Shown piece after piece: positions 26,678 through 34,450 of a stretch of DNA of 64,000 nucleotides; within the stretch, counting starts at the first letter, position 1; every line of letters starts with the position of its first letter. The DNA is taken from IMG/VR virus record IMGVR_UViG_3300028800_000012, positions 256-64,255 of that record. One strand, given 5' to 3'. The position numbers were made by a program, and so were the translations under genes. The notes beneath the pieces are model-generated. The model searched no databases. It was not told the DNA's origin and was given only the letters and a program-made list of their open reading frames with translations. This stretch comes from a virus.

Positions 26678-26917
26678 ATGGCCACCGATTACAGCCCCGC
26701 CGAACTTAAGCAGATCGCCCAGATCGGCGAGGACCAGCACGTCGGACTGTTGACCGCCTGCGGCATCCACCAAGACAACGCCCGCAAGATCATCGCCATG
26801 TCGGATGACGTGCTGGCCCAGGGGATTGCGGCGGTCGAGGGGCGGCCCAACAAGACCCCGGCGCAAGAGGCCATGATTGCCGCTGGCCGCCGTGAATTGA
26901 CGATCCGTCAGGCATAG
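26678..26917 (+). CDS. IS passenger ORF 1 (79 aa)
   Basis: Track ORF inside the IS boundaries. Confidence 0.45.
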   Translation: MATDYSPAELKQIAQIGEDQHVGLLTACGIHQDNARKIIAMSDDVLAQGIAAVEGRPNKTPAQEAMIAAGRRELTIRQA

Positions 26918-26926
26918 GAGGATTGC

Positions 26927-27172
26927 ATGACCAACATCAGTAAGGCCGCCCGGATTGCCCGGATGTACGAGGCCATCCGGCATCTTGAGACCGCTATCCG
27001 GGCCTATGAGCAGGGCGACGATGACGGATCGGTCGCGATTGACCCGGCTATCACCGGATCGGAGGTTTTTGTCGCGATGTTTGAGGCCCCCAACGGGCCA
27101 GTCAGCCTCGCGGCTGCCGCTGCGGCAATCCAAGCCGCGACCATCGGCTACGAGCATGAGCGGGGCGAGTAA
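26927..27172 (+). CDS. IS passenger ORF 2 (81 aa)
   Basis: Track ORF inside the IS boundaries. Confidence 0.45.
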   Translation: MTNISKAARIARMYEAIRHLETAIRAYEQGDDDGSVAIDPAITGSEVFVAMFEAPNGPVSLAAAAAAIQAATIGYEHERGE

Positions 27173-27576
27173 TGCAGCGCCTCGATCCAGACGCCGCGTT
27201 TTTCGAGGACTGGTCCGCATGGGCCAGTCTCGACGATCTACCGGAGCGTCCGACCAACGGTAACGGCGAGGCGGTGATTTACGGCCATCGAGCGTGGGGC
27301 AATTGGTCGGAGTATTATTGCGATCTGCGGCACGGTCGCGGCTGGGCTGGCGGCCCGCATTTTGAGATTGCCGTGCCGTGCAACGGCCCGATTGTTGACA
27401 TGGTGCGTCGCCTGCCAGGGGCACGGCAGCACCCCAGCCTATGGGGCACACATCAAGTCTCGCTGAGCAGGCTGCGCTACACATGGCAAGTACCTGCGCA
27501 GCATTGGCGCGCGGTGCGCGCTGCCCTACCGGCCATCAAAGCAGCAACCGTCAAATGGGTGAGGACGCCACGATGA
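27172..27576 (+). CDS. IS passenger ORF 3 (134 aa)
   Basis: Track ORF. Its stop overlaps the transposase ATG (ATGA at 27573-27576). Confidence 0.5.
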   Translation: MQRLDPDAAFFEDWSAWASLDDLPERPTNGNGEAVIYGHRAWGNWSEYYCDLRHGRGWAGGPHFEIAVPCNGPIVDMVRRLPGARQHPSLWGTHQVSLSRLRYTWQVPAQHWRAVRAALPAIKAATVKWVRTPR

Positions 27577-28616
27577 TGGCCCCCGCTACTGCCGATGTGC
27601 ATGCCTGGGAGCATCTGCCGTTTCCCAAATCGCTCCCGCAGTTCCAAAAGTTTTTCCCGGATAACGAGCGGTGCGCCCGTTACCTTGAGGGCGCACGCTG
27701 GCCGCGCGGCTTTGAATGCCCTCACTGCGGCAAGAAAGGCGAGCCGTTTAGATTTGAGTCCCGGCCCGGTGTGCTCCGCTGTCGAGACTGCCGCCGCGAC
27801 ATATCGCTGACGGCAGGCACCGTCATGGAGCGCACGCATACGCCGCTGACAACGTGGTTTTGGGCCGCCTATCTCGTATCGTCGATGACGCCTGGGCTGT
27901 CGGCAGTCCAATTCCAGCGCCAACTCGGATTGAGCCGCTACGAAACCGCGTTTCAAATTTTGCACAAGCTGCGGGCCGGGATGGTCCGGCCCGACCGCGA
28001 CAAGATCGGCGGGAATCTCGCGCGCAAGGATCATGTTGAGGTTGATGAGACTTGGATCGGCGGGGCCACGCGCGGCGAAGGCCGGGGCGTCCACGATCAA
28101 ACGCTCGTTATCGGCGCGGTCGAGGTCCGGCAGCGCCCGCCGAAAAAGGGCGACAAACCGGAGCGCAAGGGCGGGCGCTACGCTGGACGCCTGCGCCTGG
28201 ACGTGGTGCCGGATCGCACTGCAAAATCGCTGTGCGGTTTTGTCGAGCAAGCGGTAGAGCCGGGCGCGATCATCATTACGGACGCGGCTCCGAGCTATGC
28301 TGGCCTCGACAAGCTCGGCTACGCGCACCTGCCGGTGGTCGAGGCCGCCAACCCAGAAGTGGCGGAAGAATATCTGCCGATCATCCACCTCGCGTTTAGC
28401 AATCTCAAAAGCTGGTTGCGCGGCACGCACCACGGCGTCTCGCCGCAGCATCTGCAAGCTTACCTCAACGAGTTTGCTTTCCGCTTTAACCGGCGGTTCT
28501 ACCCGTTCAACGCCTTCCGCTCGCTGCTCGGCATCGGCGCGAACGGCGAGTCCCCGACCTACGACGGCCTTTACAGCGGCGACTGGAAACACCCCAGCGT
28601 TAGCGGTCATGGGTGA
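27573..28616 (+). CDS. IS1595-family (ISXO2-like) transposase
   Basis: Start chosen at ATG 27573 (MMAPATADVHAWEHLPFPKSL). Zinc ribbon FECPHCGKKGEPFRF...LRCRDCRRD. DDE-type core VEVDETWIGG...IITDAAPSY...NEFAFRFNRR. It is clearly paralogous to 30902-31942, but I did not compute an identity. Confidence 0.85.
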   Translation: MMAPATADVHAWEHLPFPKSLPQFQKFFPDNERCARYLEGARWPRGFECPHCGKKGEPFRFESRPGVLRCRDCRRDISLTAGTVMERTHTPLTTWFWAAYLVSSMTPGLSAVQFQRQLGLSRYETAFQILHKLRAGMVRPDRDKIGGNLARKDHVEVDETWIGGATRGEGRGVHDQTLVIGAVEVRQRPPKKGDKPERKGGRYAGRLRLDVVPDRTAKSLCGFVEQAVEPGAIIITDAAPSYAGLDKLGYAHLPVVEAANPEVAEEYLPIIHLAFSNLKSWLRGTHHGVSPQHLQAYLNEFAFRFNRRFYPFNAFRSLLGIGANGESPTYDGLYSGDWKHPSVSGHG

Positions 28617-28632
28617 CAACCGGATAGGCATG

Positions 28633-28640
28633 GAGAGAAC
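28633..28640. repeat. target-site duplication of IS copy 1 (GAGAGAAC), right
   Basis: See 26543-26550. This copy also serves as the ribosome-binding site (GGAGAGAACAG-ATG) of gene 28643. Confidence 0.8.
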
Positions 28641-28642
28641 AG

Positions 28643-29179
28643 ATGCGATTTGAGGTCGGACAGAAGATTTGGATTGCCGAGTTTTCCCCGCTCGCGCCGG
28701 AGCATGTGACCTGCCCCGACTGCGGCGGCACTGGACGGCTCCGTGTCTCGTTCCACGACGAGACGCAGGTTTCGATCGATTGCCGAAACTGCGCGCCGGG
28801 ATATGAGGCGCCGACCGGCTGGATAATCGTTCACCGCCAGAAGGCATCCGCGCGACAGGCAACAATCACCGGCCTCGAAATGAACGGCACCAAAGTGCGG
28901 TGGCACGCTGACGGGACGGAGAACTGCTGGCGCCAAGTCGATGACGACGAGGTTTTCGACACGGAGGCCGACGCCATCGCGTTCGCTCAGCGCAAAGCGA
29001 AGGAGTGGGAGGACCGCGAGCGGGCCAAGATTTTCGAGAAGGAGAAGGACTCGAAAACCTGGGCTTGGAACGCGAGCTATCACCGCCGCTGCCTGAAAGA
29101 GGCACAAAGGCAGGTCGAATACCACACTTCAAAATTGAACGTGGCCTCTCTCAAGGCCAAGGAAAAGGTTGAGGCGTGA
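28643..29179 (+). CDS. hypothetical protein with a CxxCxGxG zinc-finger-like N-terminus
   Basis: 178 aa. CPDCGGTGRL...CRNC, with a charged coiled-coil C-terminus. Confidence 0.5.
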   Translation: MRFEVGQKIWIAEFSPLAPEHVTCPDCGGTGRLRVSFHDETQVSIDCRNCAPGYEAPTGWIIVHRQKASARQATITGLEMNGTKVRWHADGTENCWRQVDDDEVFDTEADAIAFAQRKAKEWEDRERAKIFEKEKDSKTWAWNASYHRRCLKEAQRQVEYHTSKLNVASLKAKEKVEA

Positions 29180-29208
29180 ATATCGCCCCACTGGCACGGA
29201 GAACTCAC

Positions 29209-29316
29209 ATGTCATTTCTAGGAGTAGTCGGAACCGTCGTTCTTGTGCTGATTGTTCTCGCCGTGCTTGGCTGGCTCATCTCTTGGTTCATTTCAGGAAT
29301 TGATCTGAGCCACTGA
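29209..29316 (+). CDS. small transmembrane peptide (35 aa)
   Basis: GGAGAA lies 7 nt before ATG 29209. Sequence MSFLGVVGTVVLVLIVLAVLGWLISWFISGIDLSH. It is below the size cut-off of the ORF track. Confidence 0.4.
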   Translation: MSFLGVVGTVVLVLIVLAVLGWLISWFISGIDLSH

Positions 29317-29325
29317 TATCGGGTG

Positions 29326-29538
29326 ATGACTGCCATGAGCGACAAACCGGACCCATACAATGACGGCTACACCCACGAGGCGCTGCACACGGCGCATGTC
29401 GTGTGCGACGTGTGGGATCAGCACGTCACTGACACCCGCTGCGCCGAACAATTCCCGGACGTGAAGGCCGCTTGCGAGAAGGCCGCGCAGGCAATGTACG
29501 ACGCCTACCAGCTCATCGGCCAGAAATTCAGCGAATAG
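29326..29538 (+). CDS. hypothetical protein (70 aa)
   Basis: Track ORF 29323-29538, using the first ATG. Confidence 0.4.
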   Translation: MTAMSDKPDPYNDGYTHEALHTAHVVCDVWDQHVTDTRCAEQFPDVKAACEKAAQAMYDAYQLIGQKFSE

Positions 29539-29621
29539 CGTTCATCGCACAACAATGTAAGCAACTGAAATTGTGAGGTTGGTGCGCCTCGACCATTCTC
29601 AGGGGCATTGGAGAAGCGAAA

Positions 29622-29930
29622 GTGATAAACCATCCGAACCGCAAGAAGCAGAACGGGGAACGCGCCGTTGTCGTGACGACGCAGCACAAGGGGGTGTTCT
29701 TCGGTTATGCGAAGGATACCGATGGAGCGATCATCAACCTGCGCGCCGGCCGCAACTGCCTATACTGGTCGCAAGGCGTGAAGGGCTTCATCGGACTCGC
29801 CGCCGATGGCCCGGATAAGCAGTGCCGCATTGGCCCGGCCGCAGACATCGCATTGCGCGACATTACGAGCGTCGTGGAATGCACGCCCGCCGCCGTCCAG
29901 GCTTGGGAGAATGCCCCGTGGTCGCGGTAG
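29622..29930 (+). CDS. hypothetical protein (102 aa)
   Basis: Track ORF with a good coding appearance. Confidence 0.5.
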   Translation: MINHPNRKKQNGERAVVVTTQHKGVFFGYAKDTDGAIINLRAGRNCLYWSQGVKGFIGLAADGPDKQCRIGPAADIALRDITSVVECTPAAVQAWENAPWSR

Positions 29931-30697
29931 CAACCCAAATTGTCCTTAGAGGCGAGCCAGCGAAGCTGGCGAGCCTTTACGGCTACGGCTACGGCTCCGG
30001 CTACGGCTCCGGCTACGGCTCCGGCTACGGCTCCGGCTACGGCTCCGGCTACGGCTCCGGCTACGGCTACGGCTACGGCTACGGCTCCGGCTACGGCTCC
30101 GGCTACGGCTCCGGCTACGGCTACGGCTCCGGCTACGGCTCCGGCTACGGCGACGGCTCCGGCGACGGCTACGGCTACGGCTACGGCTCCGGCTACGGCT
30201 CCGGCGACGGCTCCGGCGACGGCTACGGCGACGGCTCCGGCGACGGCTCCGGCTACGGCTACGGCTCCGGCGACGGCTCCGGCTACGGCTCCGGCTCCGG
30301 CGACGGCTCCGGCTCCGGCTACGGCTCCGGCTCCGGCTACGGCTCGAAAGAATATTGGGCCGCTACCATACCACACTTCGCGGCGAAGTGGTCGATGGAG
30401 CAGCAAGAACGAGTGCGTGCTGCACAGGAAGCAGGCGCAACACTCGCGTTCTGGCGATCGGACAAGTCGGGCCAGCCGGCAAACAACGGCGGCCGCATGG
30501 AAGCCGCTGCGCCTGGCGTCGTTCACACCGCGCCCGGTCCACTCAGCCTGTGCAGTCGCGGAACGCTTCACGCAACGCTTATTCCGCCGAAGTGGAAAGG
30601 CGAGCGTTGGTGGATCGTCGCGATGTACGGAGAAGTCGAGTGGCAGGACGACAAATGCGGATCACTCAAGCGCGAAATCTTGGGGGAGGCTCTTTAG
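29918..30697 (+). CDS. Gly-Tyr/Ser/Asp dipeptide-repeat protein with a globular C-terminal domain
   Basis: GTG 29918 lies 7 nt after GGGAGA. After about 20 aa comes roughly 123 aa of (G-Y/S/D)n. The C-terminal domain reads KEYWAATIPHFAAKW...GTLHATLIPPKWKGERWWIVAMYGEVEWQDDKCGSLKREILGEAL. Confidence 0.65.
   Translation: MVAVATQIVLRGEPAKLASLYGYGYGSGYGSGYGSGYGSGYGSGYGSGYGYGYGYGSGYGSGYGSGYGYGSGYGSGYGDGSGDGYGYGYGSGYGSGDGSGDGYGDGSGDGSGYGYGSGDGSGYGSGSGDGSGSGYGSGSGYGSKEYWAATIPHFAAKWSMEQQERVRAAQEAGATLAFWRSDKSGQPANNGGRMEAAAPGVVHTAPGPLSLCSRGTLHATLIPPKWKGERWWIVAMYGEVEWQDDKCGSLKREILGEAL
29978..30346. repeat. tandem hexanucleotide array GGC-(TAC/TCC/GAC), about 61 units
   Basis: Read directly from the sequence. 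It is entirely in frame within CDS 29918-30697. Confidence 0.9.
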
Positions 30698-30743
30698 CCT
30701 CTCTCAATTTCAACGCCGCGAGTCTCACATACACAGACACGCC

Positions 30744-30858
30744 ATGCACAGAAGATACGACGACATCTTAGACCGCATTGATGAGCCGCCGATTTGGTTC
30801 GATGAATGCGCTGTTCCGCGCTATTGTAAGTTCAGCCCGGACATGGCGTCGAACATAT
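30744..30858 (+). pseudogene. 5' part of a phage gene split by IS copy 2
   Basis: MHRRYDDILDRIDEPPIWFDECAVPRYCKFSPDMASNI, then the IS end. Removing the IS plus one duplication copy restores ...SNIYADECALVHIACQNCG... in frame. Confidence 0.75.
30851..30858. repeat. target-site duplication of IS copy 2 (GAACATAT), left
   Basis: Identical 8-mer at 32394-32401. Confidence 0.8.
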
Positions 30859-30901
30859 CATGCTTTTCGGGTTTCCACATACAAGCCCCATAGGTTGATG
30901 G

Positions 30902-31942
30902 TCAGCCATGATGACTAGCCATCGTCGGATGTTTCCACTCGCCGCTGTAGAGCCCGTCATAGGTCGGGCTTTCACCGTTCGCGCCGATGCCGAGCAAACT
31001 GCGGAAGGCGTTGAACGGGTAGAAGCGGCGGTTGAACCGGAAAACGAACTCGTTGAGGTAGGCTTGCAGATGCTTGGGGCTCACGCGCCCGTGGTGTGTC
31101 CCTTGCAGCCACGCCTTGAGGTTCGAAAAGACAAGGTGAACGATGGGCAGATATTCTTCGGCCACGTTCGGGTCGTTCCCCTCGACAACCGGCAAGTGCT
31201 GATAGCCGAGCGCGGGCAGGCCGTTGTAGCCGCCCCAGGCGTCGGTAATGATCATCGCGCCCGGTTCAACCGCCTGTTCTACAAATCCGGTCAGCGACTT
31301 AGCACCGCGCGTCGGCACGATTCCCAGCCGCAGGCGGCCAGCATAGCGCCCGCCGCGCCGCATGGGCTTGTCGCCTTTCTTGGCCGGTCGGGTGCGGACC
31401 TCGACGGCGGCCATGACCAGCGTTTGCCCTTGCGGGCCGCGCCCTTGGCCGCGCACCGCGCCGCCAACGTAGGTTTCGTCAACCTCGACGTGGTCGCCGC
31501 GCCCAAGGTTGCCGCCGATCCGGTCCCGGTTCTGCCGGACCATTCCGGCCCGCAGCTTGTGCAGGATTTGGAAGGCTGTTTCGCGGGTCAAGCCAAGCTG
31601 GCGCTCGAATTGAACCGTCGAAATGCCGGGCGTCACGGTCGAAACGAGGTATGCACCCCAAAACCACACCGTCAGTGGCGTATGGGTGCGCTGCATCACG
31701 GTCCCGACCGTCAGCGACGTTTGCTTGCGGCAGGCGCGGCACGTCAGGACCGTCTTGCGGGTTGCCATGCGGAAGGGCTCGCCCTTCTCGCCGCAATGCG
31801 GGCAGACAAAGCCTTTCGGCCACTTTGCGCCCTCAAGCCATCGGGCGCACGCGTCATCATCGGGAAAGAGCCGCTGGAAGTCCCGGAGCGACTTCGGGAA
31901 CGGCAGGTTCTCCCATTGGAGAACGTCGGCGTGGGGAGGCAT
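30902..31942 (-). CDS. IS1595-family (ISXO2-like) transposase
   Basis: 346 aa, with the same architecture and long identical stretches as 27573-28616 (for example NRRFYPFNAFRSLLGIGANGESPTYDGLYSG). Confidence 0.85.
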   Translation of the reverse strand: MPPHADVLQWENLPFPKSLRDFQRLFPDDDACARWLEGAKWPKGFVCPHCGEKGEPFRMATRKTVLTCRACRKQTSLTVGTVMQRTHTPLTVWFWGAYLVSTVTPGISTVQFERQLGLTRETAFQILHKLRAGMVRQNRDRIGGNLGRGDHVEVDETYVGGAVRGQGRGPQGQTLVMAAVEVRTRPAKKGDKPMRRGGRYAGRLRLGIVPTRGAKSLTGFVEQAVEPGAMIITDAWGGYNGLPALGYQHLPVVEGNDPNVAEEYLPIVHLVFSNLKAWLQGTHHGRVSPKHLQAYLNEFVFRFNRRFYPFNAFRSLLGIGANGESPTYDGLYSGEWKHPTMASHHG

Positions 31943-32050
31943 TTACGCGACCTCCCCGGATTTGCAGCCGCGCTGTTCCCGTTCGACCGGATCGGTCGGG
32001 CAGCTAAAGTCAATGTGTTCGGGATAGCCGGGATATCCGTGGGCGGGCAT
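31943..32050 (-). CDS. IS passenger mini-ORF (35 aa)
   Basis: ATG 32048-32050 directly follows the upstream TAA. Its own TAA directly precedes the transposase ATG. Sequence MPAHGYPGYPEHIDFSCPTDPVEREQRGCKSGEVA. Confidence 0.3.
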   Translation of the reverse strand: MPAHGYPGYPEHIDFSCPTDPVEREQRGCKSGEVA

Positions 32051-32305
32051 TTATTCGCCCTCCCATATGACGGTCCGAAGACGGCATGCCATCTGCAAGT
32101 CATCCTCAGACGGATAAATGTCGTGGGTCGTCCACTCAAAGAAACGCCCATCATATTGCGACCATGTGCTTTTCACAGCGTACCAGCCGCCATCGTCCGG
32201 CGAATAGACGTTTCGAATTGTCGTATGGCCATCCGGAATGGCTGTCCGCTTCGGAGGCGTGGCCCGCTTACCGCGCCCCTTCATCTGCTCAGTCGTCCCC
32301 TTCAT
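32051..32305 (-). CDS. IS passenger ORF (84 aa)
   Basis: Track ORF inside the IS boundaries. Confidence 0.45.
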   Translation of the reverse strand: MKGTTEQMKGRGKRATPPKRTAIPDGHTTIRNVYSPDDGGWYAVKSTWSQYDGRFFEWTTHDIYPSEDDLQMACRLRTVIWEGE

Positions 32306-32393
32306 CTAACCCTCCATAGGGAGCGGGGCGGAATGCCCCGGAACGCCCATGGTACTAGCATATGGGGCTGTATGTGTCAACCAGAAAAGCATG

Positions 32394-32401
32394 GAACATA
32401 T
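32394..32401. repeat. target-site duplication of IS copy 2 (GAACATAT), right
   Basis: See 30851-30858. Confidence 0.8.
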
Positions 32402-32733
32402 ATGCCGACGAATGCGCACTGGTCCACATCGCGTGTCAGAACTGCGGCCACCAGTTTCACGTCTGCTTTAGCGATTCCAAGTCTCAGAGGATGTTGGAGC
32501 GCGCCAGCGGGATGCGGGAGCGGCGCACGCTGGCCGACGCGATCAGGGCCAAGACGATCCACTACGGCGACCCGCCGAACGTTGATTGTTGCGCTGCTGG
32601 CCCGACCATGAACTGCGATGACATCCAAGTTCTCGAATACTGGCACCGCCCAGATTTTGAATGGACGCGCGTGCCCGAGTTGGAAATCTCGGTCGAGGAC
32701 GAGAAAGACAGCGAAACCGCGATAACCACATAA
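32402..32733 (+). pseudogene. 3' part of the phage gene split by IS copy 2
   Basis: The frame continues YADECALVHIACQNCGHQFHVCFSD... The track ORF start at 32362 lies inside the IS inverted repeat and is an artefact of the insertion. Confidence 0.75.
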
Positions 32734-32743
32734 GAGCAACGCC

Positions 32744-32935
32744 ATGAACATTCCCGGATACGACGCATGGAAAACGATGTCGCCCGACGAGGACGATCCT
32801 CGCTGCGAGTTCTGCGGCGCGAGCGAACGCGAGTCTAGTAAGGGCTGGGCGCCGAGGGCCTGTACGGGCGAGTGCGGCACGTCCTGGCGTGACCCTGACT
32901 ATGAATACGAACAGATGCGCGACGATGGACGATAG
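32744..32935 (+). CDS. hypothetical protein (63 aa)
   Basis: Track ORF. Confidence 0.4.
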   Translation: MNIPGYDAWKTMSPDEDDPRCEFCGASERESSKGWAPRACTGECGTSWRDPDYEYEQMRDDGR

Positions 32936-33137
32936 GTGCATCATCTGCGGAGGCGTGCTGACGTTCCAGCACGATCATTGGCCAGATCAATCAGGGCTTG
33001 ATGACGGGCCGCCGCTCCCCGGCCACAGAACTTACACCCGACGCGCACCGCCAAAGCCAGCGGCGGAATTGAGTGACATCCGCCGCCGAGCTTGGCAGAC
33101 CCGCCGAGAGAAGTACGGGCAATACGGCCACAGTTGA
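32925..33137 (+). CDS. hypothetical Cys-containing protein (70 aa)
   Basis: ATG 32925 lies within track ORF 32889-33137. Confidence 0.35.
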   Translation: MDDRCIICGGVLTFQHDHWPDQSGLDDGPPLPGHRTYTRRAPPKPAAELSDIRRRAWQTRREKYGQYGHS

Positions 33138-33176
33138 AAAGTTCAAGACCGCAGTAACCATAAACGAACAGCGCCG

Positions 33177-33545
33177 ATGAACGAACCGCGCATAGACGAT
33201 ACCGACCCTATCACGCTGCAAGAGGCGTGCGAGATAGTATTCCGGGGAACGTGCACGGTTTACACCTTGCGGGCGGAAGCGGCGCGCGGCAGGCTTGAGA
33301 TAGCCAAGATCGGGAAGCGCTACTATACGACCCTCCGCGCTGCCCGTGGCCTGTACGTCAAATGCCTCGAAGGAAATCCCCGCCCCGGCTCTATCTTGAC
33401 CCAAAGCGAAAGCAGTGGGTCATCCGCGACGGCGCAGACTTCATCCGCACGGGCCGCTCTGAGGCAGAGCGTGACAGCGCTGAAAGGGTCCTCGCAAAGT
33501 ACCTCGGGCAGAAGCATCAGCCGGAGCGTGGCCCGTCGCCACTGA
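33177..33545 (+). CDS. excisionase / HTH DNA-binding protein (tentative)
   Basis: ITLQEACEIVFRGTCTVYTLRAEAARGRLEIAKIGKRYYTTLRA follows the excisionase-type HTH pattern. It lies immediately upstream of the integrase, and its 3' part overlaps it. Confidence 0.5.
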   Translation: MNEPRIDDTDPITLQEACEIVFRGTCTVYTLRAEAARGRLEIAKIGKRYYTTLRAARGLYVKCLEGNPRPGSILTQSESSGSSATAQTSSARAALRQSVTALKGSSQSTSGRSISRSVARRH

Positions 33546-34357
33546 TAGCCGATATGCTGCTGGCCTATACCAGAGAGCACGTCCCGCACACGCGATCGGC
33601 AGCAAGTGCGGCCTATCACATCGGTAGCCTGGAGGCGTGGTGGGGCGACAAGCGATTGGCCGACGTGACCCCGGAAAACTGCCGCGCGTATGCGACCGGC
33701 CGCAAGGCTTACGGCGCCCGGCGCGACCTTGAGGTCCTGCGAGCTGCAATCAACCACTGGCACAGGCACCACGGCCCGCTGCCGGCGGTCCCGACCGTAA
33801 TCCTCCCGGAGAAAGCCGCCCCGCGCGAGCGATGGTTGACCCGTTCGGAGGCGGCGAAGCTGCTATGGGCGGCCCGGCGCACTCCGCACCTTGCCCGGTT
33901 TATCCTGCTCGGGCTCTACACAGGCTCCCGCTCGGGCGTGATTCTGGGGGCCAAGTGGGACCAGATTGACCTTGAAAAAGGGCTGATGCGCCGCATTGCC
34001 CTTGGGAAGGCCCAGGATAAGCGCAAGCGCGCTCCGACAGTTCGGCTCGGAAAACGGATTTTAACGCATCTCCGCCGCTGGAAACGGCACGATGATCCCC
34101 GAGTCGGGTATCTGTGCCATTACAACGGTGCGCGGGTGCAGAAGATGCGCCGGTCGTGGGCTGCGGCACGGAAGCGGGCCAAGCTAGACGCCACGGTGAC
34201 GCCGCACGTTCTGCGGCATACCAGGGCGACATGGCTGATGCAGGCCGGGATCGATGTATGGGAGGCCGCTGGGCACTTGGGGATGACGCCGGAGACGCTG
34301 CAAAACGTCTATGGAAAACATCACCCCGACTACCAAAAGCGGGCCGCGGAGGTGTAG
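33362..34357 (+). CDS. int: tyrosine integrase
   Basis: 331 aa. Catalytic context: GLYTGSRSGVILG (Arg), HVLRHTRATWLMQ (H-x-x-R), HLGMTPETLQNVYGKH (His...Tyr). Confidence 0.85.
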   Translation: MPRRKSPPRLYLDPKRKQWVIRDGADFIRTGRSEAERDSAERVLAKYLGQKHQPERGPSPLIADMLLAYTREHVPHTRSAASAAYHIGSLEAWWGDKRLADVTPENCRAYATGRKAYGARRDLEVLRAAINHWHRHHGPLPAVPTVILPEKAAPRERWLTRSEAAKLLWAARRTPHLARFILLGLYTGSRSGVILGAKWDQIDLEKGLMRRIALGKAQDKRKRAPTVRLGKRILTHLRRWKRHDDPRVGYLCHYNGARVQKMRRSWAAARKRAKLDATVTPHVLRHTRATWLMQAGIDVWEAAGHLGMTPETLQNVYGKHHPDYQKRAAEV

Positions 34358-34382
34358 TTCTAGTGCCGTTTCTGTGCCAAGA

Positions 34383-34429
34383 TGGTCGGAGTGGCAGGAT
34401 TTGAACCTGCGACCCCCACGTCCCGAACG
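34383..34429 (-). other. tRNA-Pro 3' fragment, the att core adjacent to int
   Basis: The minus strand reads TTCGGGACGTGGGGGTCGCAGGTTCAAATCCTGCCACTCCGACCA, covering the anticodon loop CGG onward, the T-arm, the acceptor 3' strand and CCA. No D-arm or 5' acceptor strand follows. Confidence 0.7.
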
Positions 34430-34450
34430 GGAATGCCGGTAGCTAAGTAA

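Larger units (their letters stand above)
26551..28632 (+). mobile_element. IS1595-family insertion sequence with three passenger ORFs (2082 bp)
   Basis: The terminal inverted repeats are a perfect 16-mer: CATGCCTATCCGGTTG at 26551-26566 and its complement at 28617-28632. There is an 8-bp duplication. The transposase has an N-terminal zinc ribbon (CPHCG...CRDC) and a DDE region. Confidence 0.8.
30859..32393 (-). mobile_element. IS1595-family insertion sequence with two passenger ORFs (1535 bp)
   Basis: Imperfect terminal inverted repeats: CATGCTTTTCGGGTTTCCACATACAAGCCCCATA at 30859-30892, against the complement of 32361-32393 (about 30 of 34 matching). There is an 8-bp duplication. The repeat tips resemble those of copy 1 (CATGCyTwTCnGGTTg). 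Confidence 0.8.

Noticed and set aside
27477-28865. 462-aa minus-strand ORF, and likewise 30908-32611 plus (567 aa) and 26537-27484 minus (315 aa)
   Set aside because: These are antisense shadows of the two transposase genes and the passenger ORFs. The translations are Arg/Ala/Pro-rich with no motifs. Long open antisense frames are expected in GC-rich DNA.
29978-30346. Possible CRISPR array or non-coding satellite
   Set aside because: The repeat unit is 6 bp with no spacers, and it lies fully in frame within an ORF. It is not CRISPR-like.
29705-30893. Alternative readings of the hexamer array (AVAGAG... on the minus strand, ATAPATAP... in another plus frame)
   Set aside because: Any frame of a GGC-NNC repeat stays open. 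Only the Gly-Tyr/Ser/Asp frame connects to a plausible RBS-GTG start and to a non-repetitive C-terminal domain.
26551-32393. Composite transposon formed by the two inverted IS copies
   Set aside because: Each element has its own pair of inverted repeats and its own intact 8-bp duplication (GAGAGAAC and GAACATAT). These were therefore two independent insertions, not one composite unit.
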